NCBI RefSeq assembly: GCF_001194135.2
Contig: NC_068989.1
Span: 89,261,023 to 89,312,231 of the forward strand
Direction of reading: 5' to 3'
DNA length: 51,209 bases
From: Octopus bimaculoides
Taxonomy: Eukaryota
Numbering within the stretch: position 1 is the first letter of the stretch; every line of letters begins with the position of its first letter. The position numbers and the translations under genes are program-made. Under the pieces are notes generated by a model, which saw only the letters and a list, made by a program, of their open reading frames with translations, made no database searches and was not told the origin of the DNA. Positions 49,477-51,209 of this stretch are shown here, in pieces.

Positions 49477-49700
49477 CTATTCTTTTTGAAGAAGAGTTAA
49501 CGATTTCTTTACATTCATTGCAATAGTTATATCTACGTTAGTGATAGTTGTATATGCTTTACAAAAATCCAATACCTTCTGGAGGAGCTTTTTGGAGATC
49601 GAGAGGTAAAACTCCACAATGGATTGGCATTTGGGCTTATCTTTAATTTTCTTGAGCCATTCAAGGGTTGCGTTGCTACATACACATTGAATAAGCAGAG
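49477..49700 (-). mobile_element. Penelope-like element RT fragment
   Basis: SNATLEWLKKIKDKPKC..IVEFYLSISKKLLQKVLDFCKAY...KKSL matches the PLE RT pattern W..I..K....F..FDIVEFYPSI...LL; runs towards the N gap. Confidence 0.75.
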
Positions 49701-50037
49701 GGTTATACAGGGATGACGGTCTAGGAGTCGTACGTTTCCATTTGTGTGTGTGCGCGCCCTCTTTCTCTTTTCGGCCACCTACTTGGTAGCAAGGTTGTAA
49801 AAGAAAGCATCTTGTTTTGTTCATCATTCTTTAAATCTTAAGGTCTTGCAGATTTTTGACAGCTTTATCCAGTTCCTGATATCGTGATCATTTGTAGTGT
49901 ATGAATTAAGCATTTGCATACATACATACATACATACATACATACATACATACATACATACGTACGTACGTACGTACGTACATATATGTGTGTATGGATG
50001 GATGGGTAGATGGATGTATGGATGGATGGATGGATGG

Positions 50038-50198
50038 TTTACAGGTAAGTTCACTGCGGGGAAAGTTTACCGAGAAAATATATCTATAGTAGCTCACCAT
50101 TAATAGTTAAAAACTATTTTATTGAAAAACAGAACTAAACAAGCCAAAACGGAAACAAACAAACAGTGAATTGATGACGGTCAACGTACCAGGCATTG
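50038..50198. mobile_element. Shorter second copy of the 48062-48295 MITE
   Basis: Shares the gtttaccgagaaa...ctcaccattaat...tattttatt.aaaaaca core and both TIR starts; sits in a (GGAT)n/(GTAT)n microsatellite. Confidence 0.65.
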
Positions 50199-50879
50199 TA
50201 TGTATGTATGTATGTATGTATGTATGTATGTGGAAATACCTGGGTTGGTGTCCAGGCGCGCAGTTGGTCCACTGGGAGTGGGAGACTCCTATCTTGTTGT
50301 CACAACATCTCCCTGGGAGAGGGAAACTCTGAGAGAAAACCTGCGACACTGACGATCTTCAATGATGTAGACTAGTTCTTCTTTTCGAGTGTATGTTGTC
50401 CGTGTTCAGAGAGTGGGATTGGATTTGGGCAAATCCTTTCCCCACAATGAAAAACTATCATGCACAGGGGCATCGCTTGAAAAAAAAACAAAGTAAGACC
50501 AACCACAAAAATGGCTGGTCCTAGCCTTCGCATCTGTGAGACTTTCGATCAGGTGATGGCAATACTCAAACACGAATTTCCGGCCATCACATCATGTACG
50601 TATGTGTGTGTGTGTGAACTTTAGAACAGCAAAAACATAAAATGAAAAATGGAAAGTGTTTCAAGCCAATCACAAACAAATTAGGCGCTTGTTCATTTGT
50701 TTGCGGGCGCGCGCGTGTGTACGTGTGTAGAAACAAAAAACAACATCAACAACAGTAAAAACAATCACAAAGTGAAATGTTTCTTTCCTAGGACAAACAA
50801 GTTGGTCATAGACATGACCCCAGATAACGAAATTAAAAATTTGAGTTCGTTAATCAAAATGTTAAATGGACAACGGCAA

Positions 50880-51060
50880 AAGTGAGAGTGTGCAAGGCCG
50901 ACAAGCTTTATCATATCTTGCCCAAAGAAACTGGGAAATTTCACAGAACCAATGTAAATGTATTCAAGAAGCACCTGGGATGTCTGCGATTCCAGACGAA
51001 CCAACGTCACAACAAGAAGCGCAACTGAGGGCAGCGGTACCAAACTTATTCACTAAAAGT
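50880..51060 (+). mobile_element. 3' fragment of the same LINE family as 43255-44900
   Basis: Homologous to the reverse complement of about 43290-43470 (IPDEPTSQQEAQLRAA versus VPDEPTLRQEA*MRVA). Confidence 0.7.
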
Positions 51061-51166
51061 TAAATACTATAGAAATTCAGTGCCAAATGCAGAGGCGGTT
51101 CCTCCAGCATGGCCACAACTGTAGGGTTGGAAGTAGTGAAGGAAATATACGTAAAAGATAGATATA

Positions 51167-51209
<43 letters not shown>

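Noticed and set aside
50245-50350. HDV-like ribozyme resemblance (gggagagggaaactctga...aaacctgcg)
   Set aside because: A P2-like cgcag/ctgcg pair exists, but I could not build P1, P3 and the catalytic C in canonical order; needs a descriptor search

Overview
AT-rich, microsatellite- and SINE-dense animal genomic DNA with five N gaps. The repeat families look like those of an Octopus (coleoid cephalopod) genome; this is inferred from recalled repeat sequences, not from a database search. One protein-coding gene can be fully reconstructed by hand, although the ORF track shows only pieces of it. It is a minus-strand cytochrome b561 (ascorbate-dependent transmembrane ferric reductase family) with four coding exons (27380-27164, 25324-25116, 23330-23176, 21507-21351). 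All introns are GT-AG, the phases are compatible (1, 0, 2), the protein is 245 aa, and all four heme-ligand His are present. Its 5' exons and promoter probably lie in CpG-rich patches at about 35.4-38.4 kb and/or 47.3-48 kb. The rest is transposon debris: at least five SINE-like families; non-LTR fragments (RLE-type R4/Dong-like, RTE, two CR1/Jockey-like); a Penelope-like RT fragment; a Helitron with both ends; a maT-type Tc1/mariner deletion derivative; and hAT, piggyBac-like, pogo-like and Mutator-like MITEs. I found no convincing new multi-gene system. The best leads are a hammerhead-ribozyme-like motif in two copies, several long inverted repeats in and near the gene, (AAT)n-linked SINE arrays, a CpG-depleted domain much larger than the CDS, and two repeat-spacer-like minisatellites.
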